Assembly: GCA_041659765.1 (NCBI GenBank)
Contig: JBAZXR010000001.1
Location: 595,338-659,337, forward strand
Source: Patescibacteria group bacterium
GTDB lineage: Bacteria; Patescibacteriota; Patescibacteriia; UBA9934
Direction: 5' to 3'
Length of the DNA: 64,000 bases
Below are positions 54,033-62,997 of the stretch, in pieces; within the stretch, counting starts at the first letter, position 1, and the number at the start of each line of letters is the position of its first letter. The notes under the pieces are model-generated. The model worked only from the letters and a program-made list of their open reading frames with translations, made no database searches and was not told where the DNA came from. The translations under genes were made by a program, and so were the position numbers.

Positions 54033-55387
54033 AGCACCTCTTCCTCGCCTTTCTCCTGGCTCTCACCCTCTCCCCCGCCCCAGCCCTGGCGGTCGGGCTA
54101 AATTGTGGTCAGCCAAACGCGCTCAATGCCACCTGTACGTGCATGTACCCAAATGGGTTTACCACCTTTGAGGCAAGCCAGGAAACAGTCTGTATCTCAA
54201 CCTGCAACGATACCTATCATGGCGACTCCTACCAATACGACTATTGCGATGAAACGGATCCTACTATTCAGCGCTCAAGCGGCAGGCTGAACCTGCATGA
54301 TGCTCCCGTAGCCTCAGATCTAGTAGCCCCTGATGCGCCGGTAACTCCAGGCATAGTGGAACAATTCGTGACTGCCCCAAGAGAAATAGTTATCCCTATT
54401 TTGAACGTGCCGATTCCTGGTCTTGATCTAGCGGGGTCAGTCACCAAATCTGATGGCACTGTCCGCTCTAACCTCATTGGTCTGTATGTCCAAGCCGCCT
54501 ACAGATTCCTACTAGTGGCCGGCACACTTATGGCCGTGACCATGCTCATGGTGGGCGGGCTGGAGTATGTGATGTCGGGTGGTAGCTCAAAGCGCGTAGA
54601 CAAGGCCAAGACCCGTATTAAAAACGCGGTCATTGGGCTAGTGCTTCTGTTTGCGGCATTTGATTTGGCGTTTCTGATTGATCCGGGAACTGTGCTCTTC
54701 AAATCGCTGGTGGTTGAATCTGTGCCTCAGATGGCCAGCGACGTGCGGTCCAGCTTCATGTTGGCCGAGTCTCAAGTTACAGGCGGTGCGTCGGCCAAGA
54801 GCACTGATTTAGAACGCTTCAAAGCCATGGGCACACCAACCAAAGACGAATTAGAAAAAGGCGTCCCATTCTTTATAACTTCTTATTACGCCCCAGCCTA
54901 CGGCGACAAGCAGGGCGATCTAAGTTTTGAATGCAACATTGCCATGCAGTGTTCCTGTCCAGATTCACCTATCAGTGGTCGAAAAAATGCTCCCCAGTCA
55001 GCTAAGACCTGCTACAGCAAAGGCTTGAATTACTACTGGGAACCATGTACTCCATTTGCTTCGACTGTTCCTTTCTGTAACAAAACAACAGCTTTCAAAG
55101 AAGGCCTCGTGACTACGCCGCCAGAAGGCCACCATACGGCGGCGGTCAGCAGGAACGTCCTGCCGCTCGGCACAGTCTTCAAAATATTCGGGGCGCCGGA
55201 CGCGGCTTCAAACAGTGCTATCTGGTACGCGGAAGACACCGGTGGAGAAATCAAAGGAAGACGTGTAGACTTGTTCATGGGTAGCGGCTCATCAGCGCTG
55301 GCTACGGCCAAAAGAAATATTGGCGAGGTGACGCTCCGCGTCTGCCCTGGCAACGATCCGGCCAAATGCCCAACAACATTGAACTAG
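54029..55387 (+). CDS. secreted/membrane protein with Cys-rich N-domain, two central TM helices and a C-terminal 3D (MltA/RlpA-like DPBB) domain
   Basis: Signal peptide MKHLFLAFLLALTLSPAPALA. The C-terminus FFITSYYAPAYG...AAVSRNVLPLGTVFKIF...GEIKGRRVDLFMGS fits the 3D-domain pattern. Confidence 0.55.
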   Translation: MKHLFLAFLLALTLSPAPALAVGLNCGQPNALNATCTCMYPNGFTTFEASQETVCISTCNDTYHGDSYQYDYCDETDPTIQRSSGRLNLHDAPVASDLVAPDAPVTPGIVEQFVTAPREIVIPILNVPIPGLDLAGSVTKSDGTVRSNLIGLYVQAAYRFLLVAGTLMAVTMLMVGGLEYVMSGGSSKRVDKAKTRIKNAVIGLVLLFAAFDLAFLIDPGTVLFKSLVVESVPQMASDVRSSFMLAESQVTGGASAKSTDLERFKAMGTPTKDELEKGVPFFITSYYAPAYGDKQGDLSFECNIAMQCSCPDSPISGRKNAPQSAKTCYSKGLNYYWEPCTPFASTVPFCNKTTAFKEGLVTTPPEGHHTAAVSRNVLPLGTVFKIFGAPDAASNSAIWYAEDTGGEIKGRRVDLFMGSGSSALATAKRNIGEVTLRVCPGNDPAKCPTTLN

Positions 55388-55390
55388 CAT

Positions 55391-56662
55391 ATGTTTGTCT
55401 GCTCGCACTGCGACGCCCAGGTCCTTAAGTGGTCTGGGCGATGTATAGAATGTGGAAAATGGGGAACGTTGACCGAGGAGGACGGCCACGCGCCGTCTTC
55501 TTTATCTCAACAAAAATTGTCCTCTAAACCGGCGCCCGTTTTAAAGTTGGGCGAAGCATCCGCCACGGTAACTACACCTATCCCCACAGGTCTTTCCGAG
55601 CTTGATCGAGTTCTGGGCGGAGGCATCGTGCCCGGATCAGTCACCTTACTTGCTGGCGAACCCGGAATCGGCAAGTCGACAATCGTTGCACAAATCGCCG
55701 GCTTCCAGAGCGCGTACTATGCGTCCGGCGAAGAGAGCGAAGGCCAAGTTCGCCTGCGGTTTGAACGCCTCGGCATTAACCCGTCGACTATTTTGTTTTC
55801 GAACGCTGTCGACGTTGGCGCGATCATTGCCGCGGCGAAAGAAGCTAAGCCGTCTATTGTCATTGTCGATTCTATTCAAACGATGATGGTGGCGGAGGCT
55901 GACGCATTTCCAGGGACGCCGACCGCGGTGCGTGCGGCCACGACCGAGCTGATTAGTTTTGCAAAATCCACCAACACGCCTGTTTTAATCATCGGCCAAG
56001 TAACTAAAGAAGGAACCGTGGCCGGTCCAAAGACACTCGAACATCTAGTCGACACCTTGCTCACCCTCGAAGGCGACCCGGAATCGACCTATCGCATCCT
56101 TCGAGCGAACAAACATCGTTTTGGCAGTACGGAAGAAATAGGCGTTTTTGAAATGACAGAAAAAGGATTAATCGCAGTCGAGAATCCCTCGGCACGGTTC
56201 CTCAAGGAGCGGGTACCGGGCCCAGGCTCCGTGGTCACCTGCATCATGGAGGGCAGTCGACCGTTCCTAGTAGAAATCCAGGCGCTCGTCGATAAGTCTT
56301 TCTTCCCAAACCCGGTTCGACGAACCAGCGGCTATGACGCGTCTAGGCTTCAGATGGTCCTCGCGATTGTTTCCAAACGTGCTGGCATCAAGGTGTATGA
56401 CCAGGACGTATTCGTAAATGTTGTCGGTGGAATCAAGATCGATGAACACGCCGCGGACCTTGCCGTGGCAGCCGCCATCATCTCCGCCATCAATGACAAA
56501 ACCTTCCCCGCTGACACCATCATTGTGGGCGAACTAGGCCTGGGAGGCGAAGTGCGCTCCGTCCCCTTCCTCGAACGTCGGCTCAAAGAAGCCGAACGCC
56601 TCGGCATGGCTGCCTCGCTGACACCGAAGAATACTAAACACATCCGAGAGCTTGCTCGATAG
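55391..56662 (+). CDS. radA: DNA repair protein RadA/Sms
   Basis: Zinc finger CSHCDAQVLKWSGRCIECGKWG, Walker A GEPGIGKST, KNRFG motif, Lon-like C-terminal domain. Confidence 0.92.
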   Translation: MFVCSHCDAQVLKWSGRCIECGKWGTLTEEDGHAPSSLSQQKLSSKPAPVLKLGEASATVTTPIPTGLSELDRVLGGGIVPGSVTLLAGEPGIGKSTIVAQIAGFQSAYYASGEESEGQVRLRFERLGINPSTILFSNAVDVGAIIAAAKEAKPSIVIVDSIQTMMVAEADAFPGTPTAVRAATTELISFAKSTNTPVLIIGQVTKEGTVAGPKTLEHLVDTLLTLEGDPESTYRILRANKHRFGSTEEIGVFEMTEKGLIAVENPSARFLKERVPGPGSVVTCIMEGSRPFLVEIQALVDKSFFPNPVRRTSGYDASRLQMVLAIVSKRAGIKVYDQDVFVNVVGGIKIDEHAADLAVAAAIISAINDKTFPADTIIVGELGLGGEVRSVPFLERRLKEAERLGMAASLTPKNTKHIRELAR

Positions 56663-56668
56663 TATTTT

Positions 56669-56712
56669 CAGTCCTTGCGAGACCGGCTGTAATCAGCCGT
56701 GTCGAAGCAATC
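56669..56712. repeat. Family-C hairpin repeat (copy C1)
   Basis: CAGTCCTTGCGAGACCGGCTGTAATCAGCCGTGTCGAAGCAATC. Confidence 0.7.
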
Positions 56713-56715
56713 TCA

Positions 56716-57015
56716 ATGACATCTATGGAAGAGCGAAACTACTACGTGTATTTCATGACGAATCCTAATAATTCCGTCATCTATACAGGAGTTACGAATG
56801 ATATCTCTCGTCGAGTGCAGGAGCATAAGGAGAAGTATGTCGAAGGATTCACGAAGAGATACAACTGCACCAAACTTGTTTACGTTGAGGTGTTTTCGAC
56901 TGCATACGATGCCATTTCTCGCGAAAAACAGATCAAGGGCGGATCGAGGAATAAAAAGATGCTTCTTATTGCGCAGGAGAACCCAACGTGGCGAGATATT
57001 TCTGAGGAGCTCTAA
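56716..57015 (+). CDS. GIY-YIG nuclease superfamily protein (UPF0213/YhbQ-like, 99 aa)
   Basis: YYVYFMTNPNNSVIYTGVTNDISRRVQEHK...LVYVEVF...REKQIKGGSRNKK. Flanked on both sides by family-C repeats. Confidence 0.8.
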   Translation: MTSMEERNYYVYFMTNPNNSVIYTGVTNDISRRVQEHKEKYVEGFTKRYNCTKLVYVEVFSTAYDAISREKQIKGGSRNKKMLLIAQENPTWRDISEEL

Positions 57016-57022
57016 CTCCTTC

Positions 57023-57126
57023 AGTCTTTGCGAGACCAGACGTAATCGTCTGTGTCGAAGCAATCCCAATGCTATCTTTTTCGAGGTTGCTTCGAGTTGC
57101 CGTCAAACGGCACTCTCGCAAAGACC
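57023..57126. repeat. Two adjacent family-C hairpin repeats in opposite orientation (C2 direct, C3 inverted)
   Basis: CAGTCTTTGCGAGACCAGACGTAATCGTCTGTGTCGAAGCAATC, then ~20 nt, then TTGCTTCGAGTTGCCGTCAAACGGCACTCTCGCAAAGAC. Confidence 0.7.
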
Positions 57127-57184
57127 CTGACCACCCTCGCCTTCGCTCGGGGACCTGAACAATGCGGTATACTTAGGCAAAGTT

Positions 57185-58189
57185 TTGCCTATGGATCCGA
57201 ATGTCTTGTGGGGCATAGCAATTATTTGCGGCATCGTAGGTGCCATTCTTTTGTATCAGGGGAAATCGGGAGGATCTGGCAGTGTGAAGAAGTCGAGCAA
57301 ACCAAGCGCGTTTTCGACCGATCTCATCGACCAAGCCAAAAAAGGCAAACTTGATCCTTTTTCTGATCGCGAAGGCGAGATTGAGCGAACAATTCATATT
57401 CTTTTGCGTCGAAGTAAGAATAATCCCCTTCTAATCGGCGAGCCTGGAGTTGGCAAGACGGCGATCGTGCATGGACTCGCAGACAGAATCGCGAAAGGCG
57501 ATGTTCCAGCTTCGCTCAAAGACAAATCGCTTATTGCGATCAACCTAGCTTCCCTCTTTGGGGAGACGAAGTTCCGCGGAGAACTCGAGAAACGGGTCAG
57601 CGACTTTTTGAAAGACCTCGAAGGCCAGTCTCGAGAAACTATTTTGTTTATTGATGAAGTGCACATGATTGTTCAAGGCAGTGGCAGTGAAGGTTCACTA
57701 AATGTTACCGATTTGTTCAAGCCCGCCCTCGCGCGTGGCGATCTGCACATCATTGGCGCGACGACATGGGATGAATACGCGAAATACATCAAGACCGACG
57801 CGGCCCTCGATAGACGGTTCCAACCAGTACTCGTCGACGAGCCAGAGCCGGAGCAGGCGGTGCGGATGCTCAAAACACTCAGACCCGAATACGAAGCCTT
57901 TCACAAAGTAACTATTCCAGACGACGTGCTCAAAGAGGCGGTTCGACTATCTGACAAGTACATAAGAGGACGTTTCCTTCCGGACAAGGCGATCGATTTA
58001 ATCGACGAAGCCTCAGCCAAAGTATCAATTGAGTTCGAGGACAAACAACACGGCAAACATCTCGGGATTGTCCACGGTGCAGCCAAACAAACCAAACACC
58101 CCACAGTCACAAAAGACGACGTCGAAGACGTAGTAAACCAGTGGCGGGAACACATGGACGCGCAAAAATTACGACAAACCAATAAATAA
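57185..58189 (+). CDS. membrane-anchored single-module AAA+ protein homologous to Clp/Hsp100 NBD1
   Basis: N-terminal TM ([17 protein letters not shown]) replaces the Clp-N domain. Then [50 protein letters not shown]...[11 protein letters not shown]...[12 protein letters not shown]...ALDRRFQPV, which is colinear with NBD1 of the clpC-like gene at 48871. Confidence 0.7.
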   Translation: MPMDPNVLWGIAIICGIVGAILLYQGKSGGSGSVKKSSKPSAFSTDLIDQAKKGKLDPFSDREGEIERTIHILLRRSKNNPLLIGEPGVGKTAIVHGLADRIAKGDVPASLKDKSLIAINLASLFGETKFRGELEKRVSDFLKDLEGQSRETILFIDEVHMIVQGSGSEGSLNVTDLFKPALARGDLHIIGATTWDEYAKYIKTDAALDRRFQPVLVDEPEPEQAVRMLKTLRPEYEAFHKVTIPDDVLKEAVRLSDKYIRGRFLPDKAIDLIDEASAKVSIEFEDKQHGKHLGIVHGAAKQTKHPTVTKDDVEDVVNQWREHMDAQKLRQTNK

Positions 58190-58190
58190 T

Positions 58191-59900
58191 ATGAAAACAA
58201 CTTCATCAACCGCAGTACAAACAACAACAGCTACCCTCGTCGGAATTGCCATCATGGCCACCGGATTACTCGCGGCCGCAGCCGGGTTTGTCGTCGCGGC
58301 AAGTAATACAGGGCCGGTTCTCAACATTAAGGCAACGCCTCTACCTGGCGCACACGGAACCGTACAGGGCGCTCAACGAGAACCCATGCTCGGCTTCACG
58401 CTCGAGGCGAAAAATAAGGCTATCCTCATCGAATCGCTCACCTTTAATGTCCTGGCGGACAGCGACGGGAACTTCAAGGAAATTCAAAACGATCTCTCCG
58501 CCAGTGATCTCCTCCTGTCGTGCATGCTGATCAACAAGCGAACCGGGGCTGCAGTAGCGAGCCCGGTTTCTGTAACCAACGGGAACATGATCACATTTGA
58601 AGATAAGTTTACCCTTACTGCAAACTCAATCACCCCTTTCACCATTCTCTGCGACCATGCAAATACACTCATCACTAATCCGTACATCATGGGCGTTGAG
58701 CTGACCGGATATCCAGGGTATGTCGTGGCGACGGTCGCGGCTACCGGAAACAATTTGCCGGACAACCGTATCAATGTAGGAACTATCACGGATGCTGGAG
58801 TGAACGTAGCACTCACCACCTCGGTAACGATTCGTTCACGCGGCATGCTCCAGGTTTCATTAAGCCCCATCGCCCCAAGCAGCGACCTCACCATCAAAAA
58901 TAGCTCCGTCAAAGCAGCAGCATTTAAATTCACCGCGGCAGGTGAAGCTTACACAATCCAAAAACTCACCATTCAAAATATAGGCGATGACGCAGCGGTG
59001 AAAACAATCAAAATCACCTATAAGAACGCCTCTGGAGCCACAATTACAAACACCTCGACCCTTTCGAACCATTTTGCACAGTTCTCTGGGATTGATATTG
59101 CAGTGCCGACTGGCGCAGCGAACGCTGCAACGGTTGAAGTAACTGTAGATACAGCCGATATCAGCGCTACGGGCTCCGGCTCGTCCGGACAGACCTTTAG
59201 TGAAGCAATCGCCTTCTTGCCGGGCGGACTCTTTAAGGCCGTAGGCAACACCTCAGGCTCCGTTATCACCGAAAGTGAAATGGGCTACGGTTATCAGGGC
59301 GGAACCTTTACCCTCCGTGAAACTCGCCCGACCATTACCCTCCATTCAGCAAGCCCAACCGGTCCAGCTGTACCAGGTCGCAACGAGGTCTTACGATTCA
59401 ACGTAGCTGCTGATCCAGCCGAAGATCTGAGCATGTCCCAAATAACCTTCAAAGTTAACGCAACGTCCGTTGACTCGCCGTGGGCATCATGCGGTTCTTC
59501 AACAGTTAGCGGACTAGGCGATGTCACCAAATGGGAACTTAAAGACCTCACAACCGGTGAAGTGCTAACCAATAACAATTCTTGGATAATCATGAATGCG
59601 GATGGCGGCCAGTGTGGTCCGACTGATCGTGTGCAATCCGTGATCGCCTACGCACTCGCAAACCTGGTACATGGCACCATCTTCGCAGGAACAACTCACA
59701 CGCTCTCACTTATTGTAGATTCAACCGGCGCAAGCCAAAGTCAGGACGATCAAATTCAAGTTGAAATAACAAGTGAGCCAACACATGAGTTTCCACTTCT
59801 TCATAGCATCCAGTGGCGCGAAGGAGTTAATGGACCAGATCTCATAAACGGTAGTTTTATTAAGAACCTCCCAATTCGTGGCTTTACGCTCCAGTTCTAA
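58191..59900 (+). CDS. large Thr/Ser/Ala-rich cell-surface protein (569 aa), N-terminal signal anchor
   Basis: Starts 2 nt after the stop of the AAA gene. N-terminal hydrophobic segment. Predicted beta-rich extracellular repeats. No family recognised. Confidence 0.55.
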   Translation: MKTTSSTAVQTTTATLVGIAIMATGLLAAAAGFVVAASNTGPVLNIKATPLPGAHGTVQGAQREPMLGFTLEAKNKAILIESLTFNVLADSDGNFKEIQNDLSASDLLLSCMLINKRTGAAVASPVSVTNGNMITFEDKFTLTANSITPFTILCDHANTLITNPYIMGVELTGYPGYVVATVAATGNNLPDNRINVGTITDAGVNVALTTSVTIRSRGMLQVSLSPIAPSSDLTIKNSSVKAAAFKFTAAGEAYTIQKLTIQNIGDDAAVKTIKITYKNASGATITNTSTLSNHFAQFSGIDIAVPTGAANAATVEVTVDTADISATGSGSSGQTFSEAIAFLPGGLFKAVGNTSGSVITESEMGYGYQGGTFTLRETRPTITLHSASPTGPAVPGRNEVLRFNVAADPAEDLSMSQITFKVNATSVDSPWASCGSSTVSGLGDVTKWELKDLTTGEVLTNNNSWIIMNADGGQCGPTDRVQSVIAYALANLVHGTIFAGTTHTLSLIVDSTGASQSQDDQIQVEITSEPTHEFPLLHSIQWREGVNGPDLINGSFIKNLPIRGFTLQF

Positions 59901-59910
59901 AACCAAAAGC

Positions 59911-59949
59911 TTGCTTCGAGCTGCCGTCGAACGGCACTCTCGCAAAGAC
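59911..59949. repeat. Family-C hairpin repeat (copy C4, inverted)
   Basis: TTGCTTCGAGCTGCCGTCGAACGGCACTCTCGCAAAGAC. Confidence 0.7.
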
Positions 59950-59963
59950 TGAGCAGACAAGGA

Positions 59964-60043
59964 AAAACAAAAACCAGTGTTGGCGAGAAAATGTTAGGAG
60001 GTAATCCGACTCCATTTTCGAGACAATACTGGTCTTTTGTTTT
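59964..60043. repeat. Family-D palindromic element (copy D2, inverted relative to D1)
   Basis: AAAACAAAAACCAG...TAGGAGGTAATCCGACTC...CTGGTCTTTTGTTTT. Confidence 0.75.
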
Positions 60044-60138
60044 AGTTGAAAAAGTTAAAAAAGCCGAAGAAGGTTAAAAAGTAAATGCACCATCGGGATG
60101 GTACTTTACAGCTTTTTCAACTTTTTTAACTTTGTTAA
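60044..60138. repeat. Family-E AT-rich inverted-repeat element (copy E2)
   Basis: AGTTGAAAAAGTTAAAAAAGCCGAAGAAGGTTAAAAAGTAAA-[TGCACCATCGGGATGGTAC]-TTTACAGCTTTTTCAACTTTTTTAACTTTGTTAAC. Confidence 0.7.
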
Positions 60139-62214
60139 CTACTCAAAATGCACCTCGTCCACGTACTCGTAGAGACGCTCGCGGAGTTTGGGATAGTTCG
60201 TCAGGTCTGGGCTTTCGTCGAGTAGCTCTTTAGAGAAGTCCTTAGCAAAGCTCATGAGGTCAATGTCGTTCATGGTGCCGAGCTTGAACTGGTCGAAGCC
60301 TGACTGGTTTGTGCCGAAGACGCTACCGGGGCCACGGAGTTGGAGATCGCGCTCAGCTAGATCGAATCCATCCTGGCTGCCTTCAATAGCCTTCATGCGC
60401 TCACGAGCCACGTCGCCGAGCATCCCTGACGGATGCAGATAACAATAGCTCTGATGTTCGCCACGACCAACGCGTCCGCGGAGCTGGTGGAGCTGAGCCA
60501 GACCGAAACGCTCGGCACCTTCCACGTACATGACCGTGGCGTTCGGCACGTCCACACCAACCTCGACCACAGTCGTCGAGATAAGCATGTTGGATCTCCC
60601 CTCGGCGAACTCACGCATAACAGCATCCTTCTCTGCCGTCTTCATTCGACCGTGCAACATGGAGACCTTGTAGCCACGGAAAGCCTCAAGCATGAATTCC
60701 TTGTACACCTCATGAACCGAGTTCACACCGAGCGCGTCGGATTCCTCGATCAAAGGACAGACCACAAAAATCTGCCGACCTTCATTCATCTGCTCGCGCA
60801 TCATTTGATAAATGGGCTCCTCACGGCCGAGCTCGACAACTTCCGTCAAAATCGGCTTACGGCCAGCCGGGTACTCGTTCAAAATAGAACGGTCGAGATC
60901 GCCGTAAAGCACGAGAGCAAGAGAGCGAGGGATCGGCGTAGCAGTCATCGAAAGAAGATGCGGGATGCCATCCTGGTCACCCTGTTTGTCCTTGAGCGCT
61001 TGGCGCTGTTTCACACCAAAGCGGTGTTGTTCATCGACGACGATAAGTCCGAGGCGATCGAAAAGTACGTCCTGCGTTAGCAAGGCGTGCGTGCCGACCA
61101 CAAATTGCGCTCCCCCGTTTTTAAGCGCTGAAAGTAGCTGTGCTTTTGTCACCTCTTTACCGCCCACGCGACGCTTTGTCCTCGTATAAAGCGCGATCGT
61201 TAGTCTGCTACCAAATAGCTTCTGCAAAGTCTGGGCGTGTTGTTCAGCCAGGATTTCCGTGGGCGCCAGCATAGCCGTCTGCCAACCGTCTTTCTGCGCG
61301 TTACAAGCAACCAGCGCGGCCACCACCGTCTTACCACTGCCTACGTCACCTTCCAGGAGACGGTTCATCGGTTCCGGGCGGTTCATGTCCTTAATAATCG
61401 CCCAGACCGCTTTCTTCTGCGCGCCGGTGAGCTCAAAAGGCAACCCAGCGACGAGTTCCTTCATGTACGCCTCGTTGAACGGAACCTTTGGCGCCTTGCG
61501 CATTTTCAATTCTCGACGGCTCTTGGCATGGAGTAATTGGTGCAAGAAAAACTCGTCGAATTTTAATCGGCGCAGCGCTTTGTCTTTTTCTTCAGTCGTC
61601 GACGGAAAATGGAGCTCAGTAATGGCTCCGTGGAGTCCCATGAGCTCAACCTCGGACACGATCTTGTCAGGCATCCATTCCTCAACCTCTTTCACCGCAC
61701 CAAGAGAGGCCTCAGCCACCTTTCTACGAACCTTTTGTGTCAACGCACCGGTCAATTTATAAATCGGAACAATCCGGCCGGTTTCTTTGCCGATTTTTCC
61801 ACTGCCAACCACCTCATACGCTGGGTTTACGAGCGAGAGCCCGTAGCGATCATCCACCTTACCGGCCATGGAAATAATTTGACCCGGCTTCAAAACCTTA
61901 GTTAAAAAACCTTGATGAAACCACACGCCTTTAATCGCGCCAGTGCCGTCCTCGATAATCGCTTCCGTCACCATCATCTTTCGAGACTTCTGACTCTGGC
62001 GGTTCTCGATATTCATGATCGTGCCCTGAACCGTCACCTTCTGGCCAGGCTTCACGTCGGCAATAACGACCGCGTGCGAGAGGTCATCGTAACGAAACGG
62101 AAAATCAAAGAGCGCTTCGTGTAGTGTGTTGATGCCAAGCCGGGCAAAGTCTTTCGCCTTTGCGGCTCCGATCGTCGCTATAGAAGCGATGGTGTCCTTC
62201 AAATGGATCGCCAT
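60139..62214 (-). CDS. recG: ATP-dependent DNA helicase RecG
   Basis: Wedge domain, GDVGSGKT, DEQHRFGV, TATPIPRS and a TRG motif. 691 aa. Confidence 0.92.
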   Translation of the reverse strand: MAIHLKDTIASIATIGAAKAKDFARLGINTLHEALFDFPFRYDDLSHAVVIADVKPGQKVTVQGTIMNIENRQSQKSRKMMVTEAIIEDGTGAIKGVWFHQGFLTKVLKPGQIISMAGKVDDRYGLSLVNPAYEVVGSGKIGKETGRIVPIYKLTGALTQKVRRKVAEASLGAVKEVEEWMPDKIVSEVELMGLHGAITELHFPSTTEEKDKALRRLKFDEFFLHQLLHAKSRRELKMRKAPKVPFNEAYMKELVAGLPFELTGAQKKAVWAIIKDMNRPEPMNRLLEGDVGSGKTVVAALVACNAQKDGWQTAMLAPTEILAEQHAQTLQKLFGSRLTIALYTRTKRRVGGKEVTKAQLLSALKNGGAQFVVGTHALLTQDVLFDRLGLIVVDEQHRFGVKQRQALKDKQGDQDGIPHLLSMTATPIPRSLALVLYGDLDRSILNEYPAGRKPILTEVVELGREEPIYQMMREQMNEGRQIFVVCPLIEESDALGVNSVHEVYKEFMLEAFRGYKVSMLHGRMKTAEKDAVMREFAEGRSNMLISTTVVEVGVDVPNATVMYVEGAERFGLAQLHQLRGRVGRGEHQSYCYLHPSGMLGDVARERMKAIEGSQDGFDLAERDLQLRGPGSVFGTNQSGFDQFKLGTMNDIDLMSFAKDFSKELLDESPDLTNYPKLRERLYEYVDEVHFE

Positions 62215-62291
62215 AAGTTCCGCGGATTATACCAGGTCGTTGCCAAAATGCAAGTTTACGGTTCCCTCCAAATACGCTAAGGTAGCTTGAT

Positions 62292-62996
62292 ATGAAATGG
62301 GCTCTCGGAATAATCACTATTATCCTCACTATTTTCATCGCAAGCACAATTGTGCCGATGTTTTTCACGCCAGAAAACGCGATACGCCAGCGAATAACCC
62401 GCACGACGAGCGCAGCGATATCAACGAAGGATGTCTCCAAGTGCTCCGCTCTTCCTAAGACCCTAGAACACCAACGAGACCCTAATGATGAAAAAGGTGG
62501 CGGACCGTACATGACGTACCCGGCCGACGAATGCCTGAGTTCTTTCTACAGAGCCATATCGGATCCCTCGGCTTGTGAACGCTTCTACCAGCCCACGTCG
62601 GCGAATGTTTGTTTTGAATATATGGCAAAAACTCTCTCCGATGCATCATTCTGCTATCGCACCACTAACCCGCGGAAAAATTCATCCAATGCCTGTCGCG
62701 CCGCCGCGACAGGTGACATTAACGAATGCGACGTCTACAAAACAAGCCCCTACGTCTTCGCTGGCTGCGTCGAATCCGTCGTCCTACGGACGCACGATAA
62801 AAATCAGTGCCTCCTGCTACTGCCAAATACCGATGAACACGGAGTTCAGTCGAGGTTCAATGATTGCCTCCGTATCGTAGGCGAGACGAAACCGGAAGAA
62901 CGCCCTGAGCTTTGCGCCCTTATGCAATATCCGGAGTGGACTCTTCCAGAAAAGAAAGCCCAATGTATTGCCGAAAACTGGCCAAATGCCGAATAA
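62292..62996 (+). CDS. hypothetical Cys-rich membrane-anchored protein
   Basis: N-terminal TM (ALGIITIILTIFIASTIVPMFF). About 14 Cys in the extracytoplasmic part. Confidence 0.5.
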   Translation: MKWALGIITIILTIFIASTIVPMFFTPENAIRQRITRTTSAAISTKDVSKCSALPKTLEHQRDPNDEKGGGPYMTYPADECLSSFYRAISDPSACERFYQPTSANVCFEYMAKTLSDASFCYRTTNPRKNSSNACRAAATGDINECDVYKTSPYVFAGCVESVVLRTHDKNQCLLLLPNTDEHGVQSRFNDCLRIVGETKPEERPELCALMQYPEWTLPEKKAQCIAENWPNAE

Positions 62997-62997
62997 T

